DNA of 64,000 nucleotides from an uncultured Nitrososphaerales archaeon (GTDB lineage Archaea > Thermoproteota > Nitrososphaeria > Nitrososphaerales > Nitrososphaeraceae): positions 1 through 64,000 of the forward strand of contig CAVOHZ010000008.1 of the NCBI GenBank assembly GCA_963695855.1, written 5' to 3'. The notes under the pieces are model-generated. The model saw only the letters and a program-made list of their open reading frames with translations. It did not search any database and had not been told where the DNA came from. Position numbers and translations under genes: made by a program. The first letter of the stretch is position 1. The number at the start of each line of letters is the position of its first letter. Shown here piece by piece: positions 21,549-32,678 of this stretch.

Positions 21549-21760
21549 TAGAAGTGTGGCTATGAAAAATGCAGAGACTTTTCTTAATCAACATAATCCA
21601 ACATTAACAATGATAGAATTTGAATGTGCAAGATTTTTAAGACATTTCTTGAGAGTGAAATTTCCTTTTAATTTTATTAATTTAAAATAATTTATTTTAT
21701 ATATAATAATATTAAAATAATTTAAACATAAATCTTAAATATTATTTCCTTATTACTATA

Positions 21761-21800
21761 ACATTAGACTCTTATTTTCGCACCGCTATCGATATTAATC
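21761..21800 (+). repeat. att-like motif, subfamily B (degenerate)
   Basis: ACATTAGACTCTTATTTTCGCACCGCTATCGATATTAATC matches the arm preceding attR. Confidence 0.8.
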
Positions 21801-21977
21801 ATGTCATAAAGATAATTTTCTTTAACTTATATTTTATTGATATTCTAAAAAATAGAAACTAAAATTATAATGATCTAATCCTTAGTAATCCTTATTGAAA
21901 AAATGTTCCTTAACAATTGCCTCTTGAGCATGTGAACTCAAATGAGTATTATTGATAAGTACCAAACTTACATATTC

Positions 21978-22181
21978 TTATATATATGTAGCACATGGAT
22001 ATTTGTATTCTTTTTGGAATTCCATGAATATAAAGTAATGACTTAGACTGGCAGAGTTGCACCATTTTGGTTTTTCGATAACAACGTCAACAACATTTTG
22101 TTCAACGAATGCTAAATCTATAAAAATAGATAATACTATGAATACAATAATCATTGGTATGAAAAATAATGATGGCTTCAC
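21978..22181 (-). CDS. Small membrane-anchored protein (paralog of 30596-30790)
   Basis: TM helix followed by KPKWCNSASLSHY..YPCATYI. Confidence 0.65.
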   Translation of the reverse strand: MKPSLFFIPMIIVFIVLSIFIDLAFVEQNVVDVVIEKPKWCNSASLSHYFIFMEFQKEYKYPCATYI

Positions 22182-22934
22182 TTCAATACTGTTAATTTAA
22201 AGATTATTAAATTTTCAAATTCCTTTTCTAAGCATGAGATAGCTACAAATGCATTAAATCCTCTTGTGTTTATTTATTGATTTTACACCAGAATTCGTAT
22301 GTATCATCTTGTTATATTAATAACTGAGAATATTCAAGGTCATGAAGAAACAAAAAGGAAAATCTGTTAATACCAAGACAAAGATTTCTGATAAAGGTAT
22401 CAGTACGAATAAAGACAATAGATCAACTGGAATAATAACAGGAAGGAATAGAATTGTCCAGAAAATGGTAGGAAAAGATATGATGAGGAAACAGCCTACA
22501 GGAAGTAGTAGAAAATTATGCGTGGGAATAACTATGGATAAAGAATTCCTTGACGGATACTTAGACAAGCATGCAGCTGAGTTGAAAATGTTAAGGAGCT
22601 GGCTTGCATATTCAATACTTAATGTACTATGGTTTACCAGTAGAACAAAACATAAAGAGACCATTTTGGACTTCTAAAAAATAATTTATCTATAAATAAC
22701 AAATTTACTCTAAGACTATTTAAGAAATTCAGAAAATATTAATAAAAAAAATATTATAAAAAATATTATGAATAACAGATAAAATAAACGGGAGAAAAAA
22801 CGGTTCAACATAAGTAATTTAAACATCAAATCTGTATTTAATTATATTTTTACATTTAGTAAATACTTCAATATTATTATAAGTTATCTTATCATTTCCA
22901 TTTACAAATCTTAAATAATATCTCTTTTACCATA

Positions 22935-22976
22935 ATATTAGACTTTTATTATTGCATGGATATCGGTGTTACTCTC
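22935..22976 (+). repeat. att-like motif, subfamily B (degenerate)
   Basis: ATATTAGACTTTTATTATTGCATGGATATCGGTGTTACTCTC. Confidence 0.7.
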
Positions 22977-23013
22977 TATATTCATTATGGTTGAAGATTT
23001 TATTTGCATTTAT

Positions 23014-23199
23014 CTAATTTTCTATGTTCTTGCCTTTCTTACTACTTAATATTATTGGAAAACCAAAAAGTAAAAGTAGTAAACCAATCATAGGAACAAA
23101 TATTCGAATGGAACTCTCTGTTATAGTTATAATTAACGGAATTACCAACATGACAGCACCTGACACCATAAAAATTATTCCTATCCTTCTCTGTTCCAA
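23014..23199 (-). CDS. Small two-TM membrane protein
   Basis: Two hydrophobic helices; only gene between two att-like motifs. Confidence 0.6.
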   Translation of the reverse strand: MEQRRIGIIFMVSGAVMLVIPLIITITESSIRIFVPMIGLLLLLFGFPIILSSKKGKNIEN

Positions 23200-23351
23200 T
23201 GAACTGCTTTATTCCACATGTTGTATAAAACAGTATTTCATATTTGATAGAAAAGAAAAAGAATTCTATTAAGATTTTTAGATGATTCTATCGAACCAAA
23301 TCCAGATTAGTCTATTATTGTACAATTATTTTACTTTCTAAGTTCCAAATG

Positions 23352-23404
23352 ATAAAAGCTAAATACAAGGTAGTAGAACCCTACTACATGGAGGGTTCAA
23401 TTCC
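23352..23404 (+). repeat. att-like motif, subfamily A
   Basis: ATAAAAGCTAAATACAAGGTAGTAGAACCCTACTACATGGAGGGTTCAATTCC. Confidence 0.85.
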
Positions 23405-23482
23405 AAATGATTACTAAGCAAATATGCCTCTATTTAGATCACTTTTATGTAAAATATATATGATAACTAATAATGTATTTTA

Positions 23483-24001
23483 AAAATTAATTATTAATAT
23501 TTAACAGCATCTTCCTGTTATTGACTAATTAAGATGAGTGACATTGATATTTGGCAAAAAGAGTTCTGGAATCGATTGAATCAACAAATGCAAGAAAATT
23601 TTAAAAAACAAATTGAACTTACACAAAAACAAATGGAACTTACAAGAACAGATAAAAGAACAAATGGAACTTACAAGAACAGATAAAAGAACAAATGGAA
23701 CTTACAGGAGAACTGGTAAAAAAACAATTGAACATGCAGAAGAACAGCCAAGAAGATCAGAAGAAGAAGCAAAAAGATTGATAGAAGTGGCTATGAGAAA
23801 TTCACAGGATTTCCTTAATCAACATAATCCAACATTAGCAATGATAGAATTTGAATGTGCAAGAATTTTAAGAAATTTCTTGAGAGAGTGAAATTTCCTT
23901 TTATTTTTATTAATTTAAAATAATTTATTATATATATAATAATATTAAAATAATTTAAACATAAATCTTTAATATTATCCTCTTTACCAACACATTAGAC
24001 T
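23483..24001 (+). pseudogene. Duplicate of 21213-21770 with frameshifted coiled-coil gene, ending in a truncated subfamily-B motif (ACATTAGACT)
   Basis: Near-identical sequence; indels within the repeat units. Confidence 0.85.
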
Positions 24002-24209
24002 ATAGTTTCTTGATAAAAATTATCAAGTAAAATCAGAACCTAATAACAGATTAGTAAATTTTAACTTGAAAACTATTTCCAATTAAATTTATAATATGAT
24101 ATTAATTTGAACTCTTTTTTCTTAATTTAGTAATTCTATAGTACTTACTAAAGTTACATAAATTGGGAACTATTATAACTAATTTTTAAATACGACCTCC
24201 TCAGACATA

Positions 24210-24902
24210 TTGTATAATATGCCTTTTGGCTCAGGCAGCAACAAAGAGGAAGAAAAACATAAAAAATATTCCCAATATATCAAAAAACCAGTTATAAATG
24301 AGAATGACTTAGACGAAGTTAATAAAATAAGGGAGATGTTAAATCCAGACGAAAAAGTATTACTTGTTGCAAGACAGTCAAAAATAAAGCCAGGAGGCTC
24401 TTATTTTACACCCAATACCATCTTTGCAACAGACAGAAGAATCATAATCCGCGACCCATATATGCTTGGGATAAAAGCAGATGTAGTGGATATCCCTTAC
24501 GATATAATTACAAGTTTAAAGCTTGAAAAAGGATTGCTATCATCTACAATAAGGTTTAAAGCTGCTGGATTAATGAGCTCAACCAAATTAGGGATGATGG
24601 ATAGCGTTACTGAAGGTGAAGATGATCAATCAGGTATAATCGAAGCTATTCCAAAAGACAAGGCAGAAGATTTGTTGGAAATAATTCGTTCAGGTAAGCA
24701 AGATAGCCGAAGAATAGCCCCTTCAAAAAAGCAAAAATCTCCTGAACCTGATGATCATAAAGAAGCTATAACTGCATCCAACCAATCGGTCTCAATTGCA
24801 GATGAATTACAGAAACTTGCAAACCTGAAAGAAGAAGGAGTATTAACTGAAGAAGAGTTTAATAAGATGAAACAAGATTTAATTAGAAATAATAAAAGAT
24901 AA
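24210..24902 (+). CDS. PH-like domain + C-terminal SHOCT protein
   Basis: LNPDEKVL..ATDRRII..IPYD.I; IADELQKLANLKEEGVLTEEEF..K..L. Confidence 0.85.
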   Translation: MYNMPFGSGSNKEEEKHKKYSQYIKKPVINENDLDEVNKIREMLNPDEKVLLVARQSKIKPGGSYFTPNTIFATDRRIIIRDPYMLGIKADVVDIPYDIITSLKLEKGLLSSTIRFKAAGLMSSTKLGMMDSVTEGEDDQSGIIEAIPKDKAEDLLEIIRSGKQDSRRIAPSKKQKSPEPDDHKEAITASNQSVSIADELQKLANLKEEGVLTEEEFNKMKQDLIRNNKR

Positions 24903-24985
24903 TATAATTTCTCATTTTGAGGATTATTATTTGCAAAAATTAAAGATACTTTACATTATGATAAATTAGATTAATAATAAACATT

Positions 24986-26020
24986 AGATCGTTTGCGTAA
25001 TTAGATAAAATCTATTATATATCTTGATGATGCCTTATATTGCTATCATCTTCTGTTGTGTATTATTCGATAATTTACTAAACCAGAAACAATATCTGAC
25101 ATTGTATCGTATCTTTTCAATCTGTTTCTGTATTTGTTTCCCATAATACTAAATTTCTTTATTCTACATATAGTATGTTCTACTATTACTCTCTGTCTAC
25201 GATGTCTTTTGTTGTACATTTTCTCTTTTTCTGTAAGGTCAATATTACGTTTCTTCTTTACAGGTAATACTGCTTTGATATCTGGAAAATCTTTTTCTAC
25301 TCCAATATAACCAAGATCAAAATAGTTTTTTACATCTTTTGGTGTTGTCGGATGAACATCTTTGTATACTGTATAGTCATGCTCTCTTCCTTCTTCATGG
25401 TTTGATTTATGTAATATTTCTCCTTTTTTGTTTACCATATACTGTGTCTTTACAGTATGTTTTTTCTTTTTTCCAGAATAGTACTCTTTTCTTCTTGTTT
25501 TGTCTGTAGGTACTGGAATTTCCTGTTCTGTTGAATCTATAAATGCTTTAAATCCTGGAAAATACAGTTCTACTTCATCTACTGTTCTTAATCTTCTTGT
25601 TACGTTGTATATTTTTTGAGGTAGTGGAATACAACTTTTTACTATAGGTTCCATATATCTTACATCTCTATGTACATTGCTCTGATCCAGATCAAACAAA
25701 AATCCTGTTAATGCATTGGTTATGTATAGTTTATAGTACACAAGAAGCATAACAAATCTATCTCTTGTTGTATGTTTGAAATGTCTTCCAGCTCCTAAAT
25801 TTCTTTTTCTCTTTCTTTTTGATAGACGTTTTATCTCATATTTTGGATATTTTGATTCTACTTGCTTACAAATAGAATCAAACTCAGATAATTCCAATCC
25901 TGTAAAGGATCTAAACAATAACGGTTTTTTAGATAAACTATCATAATTGAGCAAATTTATGAGAAATTAGTATAGAAATGAGGAATATAGCTGTAAGCTT
26001 TCTAATTATGCAATAGATCT
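24986..26020 (-). mobile_element. IS5-family (ISL2/HARBI-like) element, transposase 25046-25954
   Basis: IDSTEQ, YSGKKK.H, DLGY.G, R.IVEH.I.R.K. Imperfect TIRs AGATCGTTTGCGTAATTAGA / AGATCTATTGCATAATTAGA; 3-bp TSD ATT. Confidence 0.9.
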
Positions 26021-26099
26021 ATTTAATTAAATTTTATCATAATTGAATATTGAACAGTTAATTACTTGCTTCTTGTATTCTGAAAAAAGAAAAAGTTAG

Positions 26100-26572
26100 T
26101 AACAGCCTTCATAATAGATGAAACCTTTATCCAGGTTGACAGTCAGTATTTCTGGTTATGGATTTGTATTGAACCAATTGACAAATCTGTGCTTGGAATC
26201 TATATCTCAGAGGAGAGAAACATGATAGTTGCTGAAAAATTTATTCGATCTCTTGTATCAAAATATGGAAAACATGCCGTGTATACAGATAATGGAGGTA
26301 CATGGTATGATGAAGGATGTCATGTCTTGAGATTAAAATACTATCTACACTCACCATTTCAGAAAAGTATGATGGAAAGAGTCAATAAGTATTTCAAGGA
26401 CAGAATAGAAAGTTTTATGACTACTATCTTTGTATGCAAAAAGAGGGACGTAATCTATTTCAAGTACATAACTGGATACAATTCTTTGTTTCAATGTATA
26501 ATGACACTATAGCAAATAATAAGAATTATTTTTGGTTAAAGGAGGTGGATATTATCTTAAATTAACACAGCC
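26100..26572 (+). pseudogene. IS6-family transposase remnant with right TIR
   Basis: IIDET, YTDNGG.WY, ER...YFKDR; ends TTAACACAGCC. Confidence 0.8.
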
Positions 26573-26648
26573 AACTATTCATTGAAATTCAAACTATGTG
26601 CTTATCATTGATTTAGAAAAAATTGCATTTGTAATTATTTTTCACTTT

Positions 26649-28004
26649 TCACTTGTCATTTTTTTTATCTTTTATCTTCTCTTCTTTAACAATCTGAAAC
26701 TGGTCATATACATCTTCATCACCGTTATTGTCTATAAACGAACTTTTTAATATATTTCCGTTATTCTCTACAGAAATATTTACTATTCCAAATTCTCCGT
26801 CCAATCCAGAAGCAGAAAACTCCTTCTGTTCGGAAATCTTCATATCATGTGCTCCCCCAGTTCCAGCAGTTACAAAAACTGTTCCCCTTGGATTTTTATA
26901 AGATGTTTGGTCATGATCTTGAATCAATGGTTCAGCCTCATCATCATTATTAAAAGTGATGGGATATGATCTTTCATATGCATGAAAATGTCCCTGTAGG
27001 GCCAAAACCACATTATATTTATCAAACAATGGATGATATGTTTCTGTAAAATCATTCTCATCGTCTGGACCACCTCCGGAACTGTATGCTTGTCTATGGT
27101 AAAATGCGACAATCCAGTCAATTGTTCGATCTTTAGAATACTTTTCAAGATCCTTGATTGCAAATTCATATTGCTGTGATCCTTCTTCATATGGAACTTC
27201 TGTAGATAACGCTATGAAGTGGACATTTTTATAATTAAAAGAATAGTACTGTTTCTTCAATCCAAAATAATTCATATAATCTTTCAAAATTTTTGATGAA
27301 TCAACTTCATGGTTTCCAATCACGATTTTAGTTTTGTCTGATATAGGTTCTATTATGTTGAGCCAACACTTTGCTTTGCCATTATATGAAAGGTCTCCCA
27401 GTGCCAGTACAACTTCTGGTTCTTGTTCCAAGATGTTTTCAACCGTATCTTTAGTTTCAGAGTTACAGTCCCAGTCTCCTACAGCTACAAAATTGAAATC
27501 TGATTTGTGGTCAGACTTTTTTCCATTGATTGATTGTGACGCAAAAAATGTAGTTGTAGTTGTATTTGTTTCTGTTTTTGCTGTTGTGAATTTCACGTCA
27601 TCTTTTTGTTCTTTGTTATCCTGAGAAAGCCTACTTTTGTCAAATTCTGTTATTGACTTTGTATCATTTTTTACATTTTTGGTGTTAGCAATAGCATGAT
27701 TACTATTTTTTTCAATATTCTTGTTATCAATATTAGTATCTGATTGTTTTTCAGAATCAGTATCTTCTATGTAGTAAGACGGATCAAATACATAGTCGAA
27801 TGATTTCTCTTCATCATCATCACTTTCAACACCCATCTCAACTGCAAAAGCATTTCTGTTCTGAACGAAATGCGTATTCGTTAATTTGTCTTCTTCGTAA
27901 TCTAAATTTCTTTGAAGAAGTAGATTATTACTAAATAAAACTAATGAGAACAAAGCTATGACTGTAAGTAAATTAAGGATACTATTATGGAAACGAATCT
28001 TCAT
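26649..28004 (-). CDS. Exported metallophosphoesterase (purple acid phosphatase-like)
   Basis: GDW, GDLSY, GNHE, GHFHAYER; signal peptide. Confidence 0.9.
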   Translation of the reverse strand: MKIRFHNSILNLLTVIALFSLVLFSNNLLLQRNLDYEEDKLTNTHFVQNRNAFAVEMGVESDDDEEKSFDYVFDPSYYIEDTDSEKQSDTNIDNKNIEKNSNHAIANTKNVKNDTKSITEFDKSRLSQDNKEQKDDVKFTTAKTETNTTTTTFFASQSINGKKSDHKSDFNFVAVGDWDCNSETKDTVENILEQEPEVVLALGDLSYNGKAKCWLNIIEPISDKTKIVIGNHEVDSSKILKDYMNYFGLKKQYYSFNYKNVHFIALSTEVPYEEGSQQYEFAIKDLEKYSKDRTIDWIVAFYHRQAYSSGGGPDDENDFTETYHPLFDKYNVVLALQGHFHAYERSYPITFNNDDEAEPLIQDHDQTSYKNPRGTVFVTAGTGGAHDMKISEQKEFSASGLDGEFGIVNISVENNGNILKSSFIDNNGDEDVYDQFQIVKEEKIKDKKNDK

Positions 28005-28315
28005 ATGAATAGAAACCGATAAAATCTGTCACTTTTAACATTATTTCCATTATCTAATAGTACAAAGTATTGTACTCTTTTAATTAGTATTGTTACTTAT
28101 AAAAAGGTAAGAAGAAATTTTATACTAAACTTTTATGATACATTGTCATAATCTCATTCTTATCAGTTCCTTATATACAATATTTGTTTTGATAGTAAAG
28201 AGATTTTATTCTAAATACTTAATTCATACTGGAAATTTACTGAGCATTTTTTAGTAAAAATATTTATCAATTTTTAATAACGAAATTTGGAATCAAATAA
28301 AGTAATAGGGGGATA

Positions 28316-28740
28316 ATGGAAAAAATGTTAGAGAATAAAAGAGTCTTTTATATGTTGGTTGCAGGGTCATTCTCTGTATTTGGAACATCGGACCTGCCGT
28401 CAAATTCCCAATCTATCGAAGCACAGAAAGCAGAAGAAACATGTATTACATTTAATAAATTAGAGAATATAATTTCAGTAAATTGTGAATAAGCTACTTT
28501 TTCAGATATAACAGATCAGATAAAAGATAATAGTATTCTGGGTCTGGAGTCTGCCGAAAATGACAAAATTTGGATGATTCCTGCAGGAATAAATGTAGAA
28601 AAAGGATCTATTCCTGATATTAATTCAGATGATGTCTCCATACTTTTAGGAAATGCTGATGGTACATTTGGTACAGCAAACAACTTTGGAGCAGATAACT
28701 CACCATACTCTATTACTGTAGGGGAATTTGACGGATTATA
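28316..28740 (+). pseudogene. Chimeric remnant: N-terminus of an exported protein fused to an FG-GAP repeat fragment
   Basis: ..TCITFNKLENIISVNCE*ATF..DINSDDVS then ILLGNADGTFGTANNFGADNSPYSITVGEFDG. Confidence 0.5.
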
Positions 28741-28910
28741 AGCCTAAACTAAAAAACAATCTTTTTCTTTATTTTCGTGACTTGATCGATAGATCTTATT
28801 ATATCAACTCAAACATTTGGAAATTGGTAAAAAAAGAGGTTCAATATCTCTGCCTGATAAATCAATATTATTATTGTATGATTTTTGAATATATTAAAAT
28901 ACAATTAATA

Positions 28911-28967
28911 ATAAAAACTAAATACAAGGTAGTAGAACCCTACTACATGGAAGGCTCTACTCCCGAC
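28911..28967 (+). repeat. att-like motif, subfamily A
   Basis: ATAAAAACTAAATACAAGGTAGTAGAACCCTACTACATGGAAGGCTCTACTCCCGAC. Confidence 0.88.
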
Positions 28968-29351
28968 CAATTGTCTCAATCTGTAGATGAACCCTACTGT
29001 TAAAGACGTGAACCCGAATAGTAAAATTTTCAACATATATTTAGTAAAATAATAAAAATAATTTTAACATATTTAAATATATTTATGATGTGAACTAAAT
29101 ACGATACCAAGATACAGTACGTTATAAATATATTTGTCTTGTTTTTAAATTCTTTAAATTTGTATAGCAATAATATATTATACTTTAATCTAATTTGCAT
29201 CACATGGTCTGTACAATCTGTAGAATGAATTGTTGACAAAATTAAATTTCATAATTATTTCATGACATAATTTTGAAGTAAGACTTGAACATCTAATGGA
29301 AGTTTTGAGAAGTGAGTCAAGTAAAAATAATATTGACCACATTGATTCTGT

Positions 29352-29945
29352 TTATTTTACTGTGACTTTCCATGCTGGATGAATTTCATTCCATCCTTTT
29401 GGTTTATCTATAACCCAAGCTCCCCATACCTCTACATTGTCTCCCTTATCAGGTAATTCAACATACTTAGAATCTTGATCTTTAGGAACAATCTCTACAA
29501 CAAGATTTCCTCCTGTCTTTTTCTTATTATCTTTATTTAAAAGGGATTTGTATTCTTTTTCTAATTTCAGCAAGAATTTATAATCTCCATCAGGCATTTC
29601 TTGAACATGTTTTACCTTTCCTACCGCCTTTTCACATTCTGAAAGTATTTTTAAATCCTTTTTATTTGACGCACCTTTTAGGATCTTACTGGTTTTACAA
29701 TTATTATCATCAAGGTCTGACTCAGATTTTTCGTTCTTTGCAAATTCCACATTGATTTTGTTATTTTTATCTGTAGATGATTCTTGTTTCTGTTGTGATA
29801 CATTCTTCATATTCTTAGAGTCTTCATCTTCCGCAAAAGCATGATTTATTATTGATAATAACTCTGCTGATGTGTACCACGTTATTAGCGATCCTGTAAT
29901 TGAAATTACTAACATAAAGTATAATATATTTATGAATTTCTTCAC
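29352..29945 (-). CDS. Exported hypothetical protein (OB-fold-like, DGD..EIHP)
   Basis: Signal peptide, PDGDY, GD.VEVWGAWV, GWNEIHP. Confidence 0.7.
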   Translation of the reverse strand: MKKFINILYFMLVISITGSLITWYTSAELLSIINHAFAEDEDSKNMKNVSQQKQESSTDKNNKINVEFAKNEKSESDLDDNNCKTSKILKGASNKKDLKILSECEKAVGKVKHVQEMPDGDYKFLLKLEKEYKSLLNKDNKKKTGGNLVVEIVPKDQDSKYVELPDKGDNVEVWGAWVIDKPKGWNEIHPAWKVTVK

Positions 29946-30380
29946 AAGTGTTGAAAGTTAAATTCTAATTTAACGTTTATCCTTTTATCCTTCATAACAA
30001 AGTTATAGTTAATATTATGATAGGAAAATAATGAATTTTTTTCAAAGGAAACCTTTTGGTTTTCTAAAACAAATTCATTTACAATAACAAATAGTAAAAA
30101 AACTTGCGGATAAATCTGATAAAAGAATGGAGAAAAAGCTATGAAAAGAGATTCACTGTAAGATTTATTTAAGAAATTCAGAAAATATTAATAAAAAGAA
30201 TATTATAAAAAATATTATAAATAACAAATAAAATAATCGGGAGAAGAAACGATTCAACATTAGTAATTTAATTATCAAATCGGTATTTAATTATTTTTTT
30301 ACATTTAGTAAATGCTTCAACTTTATAAGTCGTATTATCATTTGTATTCACAAGTCTTAAATAATATCTCTTTTACTGTA

Positions 30381-30420
30381 ACATTTGACTCTTATTTTTG
30401 CACCGATATCGGTATTAATC
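30381..30420 (+). repeat. att-like motif, subfamily B
   Basis: ACATTTGACTCTTATTTTTGCACCGATATCGGTATTAATC. Confidence 0.8.
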
Positions 30421-30595
30421 ATGTCATAACCGTAATTTTTAACTCATATTTTATTGATATTCTAAAAAATAGAATACTAAAATTATAATGATCTAATCCT
30501 TAGTAATCCTTATTGAAAAAATGTTCCTTAACAATTGCTTCTTGTGTATGTGAACTCAAATGAGTTTTTTTGATAAGTACGAAAGTTACATATTC

Positions 30596-30790
30596 TTATA
30601 TATACGTAGCACATGGATATTTGTATTCTTTTTGGAATTCCATCAATAAATAGTAATGACTTAGACTGGCAGAGTTACACCATTTTGGTTTTTCTACAAC
30701 AAGAGTTTGTTCTGCGAATGTTAAACCTATAAAAATACATGATACCATGAATACAATAATCATTACTATGAAAAATAATGATGGTTTCAC
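30596..30790 (-). CDS. Small membrane-anchored protein (paralog of 21978-22181)
   Basis: Same KPKWCNSASLSHY motif. Confidence 0.65.
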   Translation of the reverse strand: MKPSLFFIVMIIVFMVSCIFIGLTFAEQTLVVEKPKWCNSASLSHYYLLMEFQKEYKYPCATYI

Positions 30791-30927
30791 TTCAATATTG
30801 TTAATCTAAAGATTATTATAAATTTTCAAATTGCTTTTCTAAGTATGAGATAGCTACAAATGCAATAAATCCTGTTGTGTTTATTTCTTGATTTTACAAT
30901 TTATTTTATAATATTAATCAATTTACC

Positions 30928-30985
30928 AAAAAGCTAAATAGGATGTAGTAGTAGAACGCTACTACATGGAGGGCACTACTCCCGA
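30928..30985 (+). repeat. att-like motif, subfamily A
   Basis: AAAAAGCTAAATAGGATGTAGTAGTAGAACGCTACTACATGGAGGGCACTACTCCCGA. Confidence 0.85.
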
Positions 30986-31169
30986 ACAGCTTCCTCAGAA
31001 TGTAGATTAACCCCACTGAAGGTATAAAATTAGGTTCGAATGTTTTTAATAAAAGTTGATATGATAATTATTATATATTTAGAACATAAATTTCCTTATC
31101 TCAATTTTCAAATTATGAGATAATTGAAATTTTTACATATTAATAAAAATAATAAATAAATAACTATTT

Positions 31170-31770
31170 ACGGAATCAATAATATCAACAACGTGGATCT
31201 AATGGACTACAGTGACTATCTATTACCAAAGTAGACTGTCCAAAACTCACTTTGCAATTCAATAGATGTTGTATTATTTGGTGTTATATCATATTTTAAT
31301 GTCTTTTCACTTAATTCATAAACAGGATTAAATAACTCTATTATGGAAGTATCTTGTACTCCTTTCATTTCATCTACCACTAAAACTGCATTTGGGACAT
31401 CCTCTGCAAAACTATTTTCTATGGAAGACCGATTTCCTATAAAATCAGCTGTACTTATAGAGGTAACAATTCTATCCGGTCTATCAGAGAACAATATTGT
31501 TTTGTTTGATATATTGTTTAATTCAAGTGCGCAGGTTCTGGATATATCTGATGAAAAAATTGTCTTATTTGATTCATTAGTAAATGTAAGTGTAAAAGTT
31601 TTATTATTCTCTGATATTGAACCTGATTGTGCGTGCTGTATAGCAAAGAATTTAGGCATGTCTGAGTCTGTTATATTTTCTTCTTATGCATATACTATTG
31701 AAATTAATGTAGTTAGAACAATAAGAATTGATATTGTGGATACTAATACAAAATTGTTCTTAATTGCCAT
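31170..31770 (-). pseudogene. Exported hypothetical protein, disrupted
   Basis: Signal peptide from ATG 31770 interrupted by TAA; IQHAQSGSISE..FSDRPDR..PNAVL; C-terminal frameshift. Confidence 0.6.
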
Positions 31771-31899
31771 TTCTTGAATTTAAATCTTAAATTATTTAAA
31801 TTTATGTAGAAAATTCTCAATGCATTATAGCATGGATACATAACAGGCTATAACTTCTGTTTATATGGATAAGATACCAGATTTTTAAAATTATTGTTA

Positions 31900-32502
31900 T
31901 ACATGTAAAAGAATGGAGTATATTTCTTGAATTAACATCCTCCACAATATCCGTATCCTCCATATATCAAAATTGTTGAATGTCCGATCTCTAATGGCAG
32001 ATTGTTTAATGTAGAATTATCAACAAGTGTAAAATCATACTTTAGTATTTTTGTGTCTTAATTGTATACAGGACTGTAAAGTTCTATCACAAAGGTATCT
32101 TGTTGGCCTTTTTGTATCTCATCAACAATTAAAGCAGGCATTTGGTGGTACTTTAGCATAACTTTCCTCTGCTCCTTTTAGCATATCCCAGACATCTACA
32201 AAATGTTGTGTAGTCAATGATGTAACATTTCTATTTGGTATGTCTTTCAAAGAGACTGTTTTATCAGAAACATCATTTAATTGCAATAAATAAGCAGTAG
32301 AATTGATTTCTGAAATTGTGCCAGAATTTGCTTGTTGAATGTTTAAAATTCGGGAGGTAAAGAATTTGCCAAGATTATTATCATTTATATCATCTTCTGA
32401 ATAGATTGATTGAAATGATGTTCCTGTACTGACAAGTATTGTTGTTATTACAAATGAAAATGACAACAGGCAAAGCAATCTAAAATTTTTAATTTTATTC
32501 AC
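31900..32502 (-). pseudogene. Tandem paralog of the preceding exported protein, frameshifted
   Basis: IQQANSGTISE..NDVSDKT..PPNA, followed by a frameshift. Confidence 0.6.
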
Positions 32503-32678
32503 TGATATTTGATTACGAAAATGTTTGATATTAAAATTTTGATTTCTTATTTTAGCTATACAATTTGAATTTCATGATTATTACTACATCTACAATAATA
32601 TTTCTTCGTTTCTTATCATTCTACCGTTAGAAAAATATTACTTTCTCTTCAATATATTCAAGATGGCATCCGATTATT

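Noticed and set aside
22317-22677. Overlapping 111/115-aa ORFs
   Set aside because: No recognisable motif; probably a decayed gene or transposase fragment that I cannot assign.
28728-29003. ORFs reading through the motif (YKVVEPYYMEG)
   Set aside because: The peptide is just the translation of the repeated DNA site, and frames are not preserved among copies.
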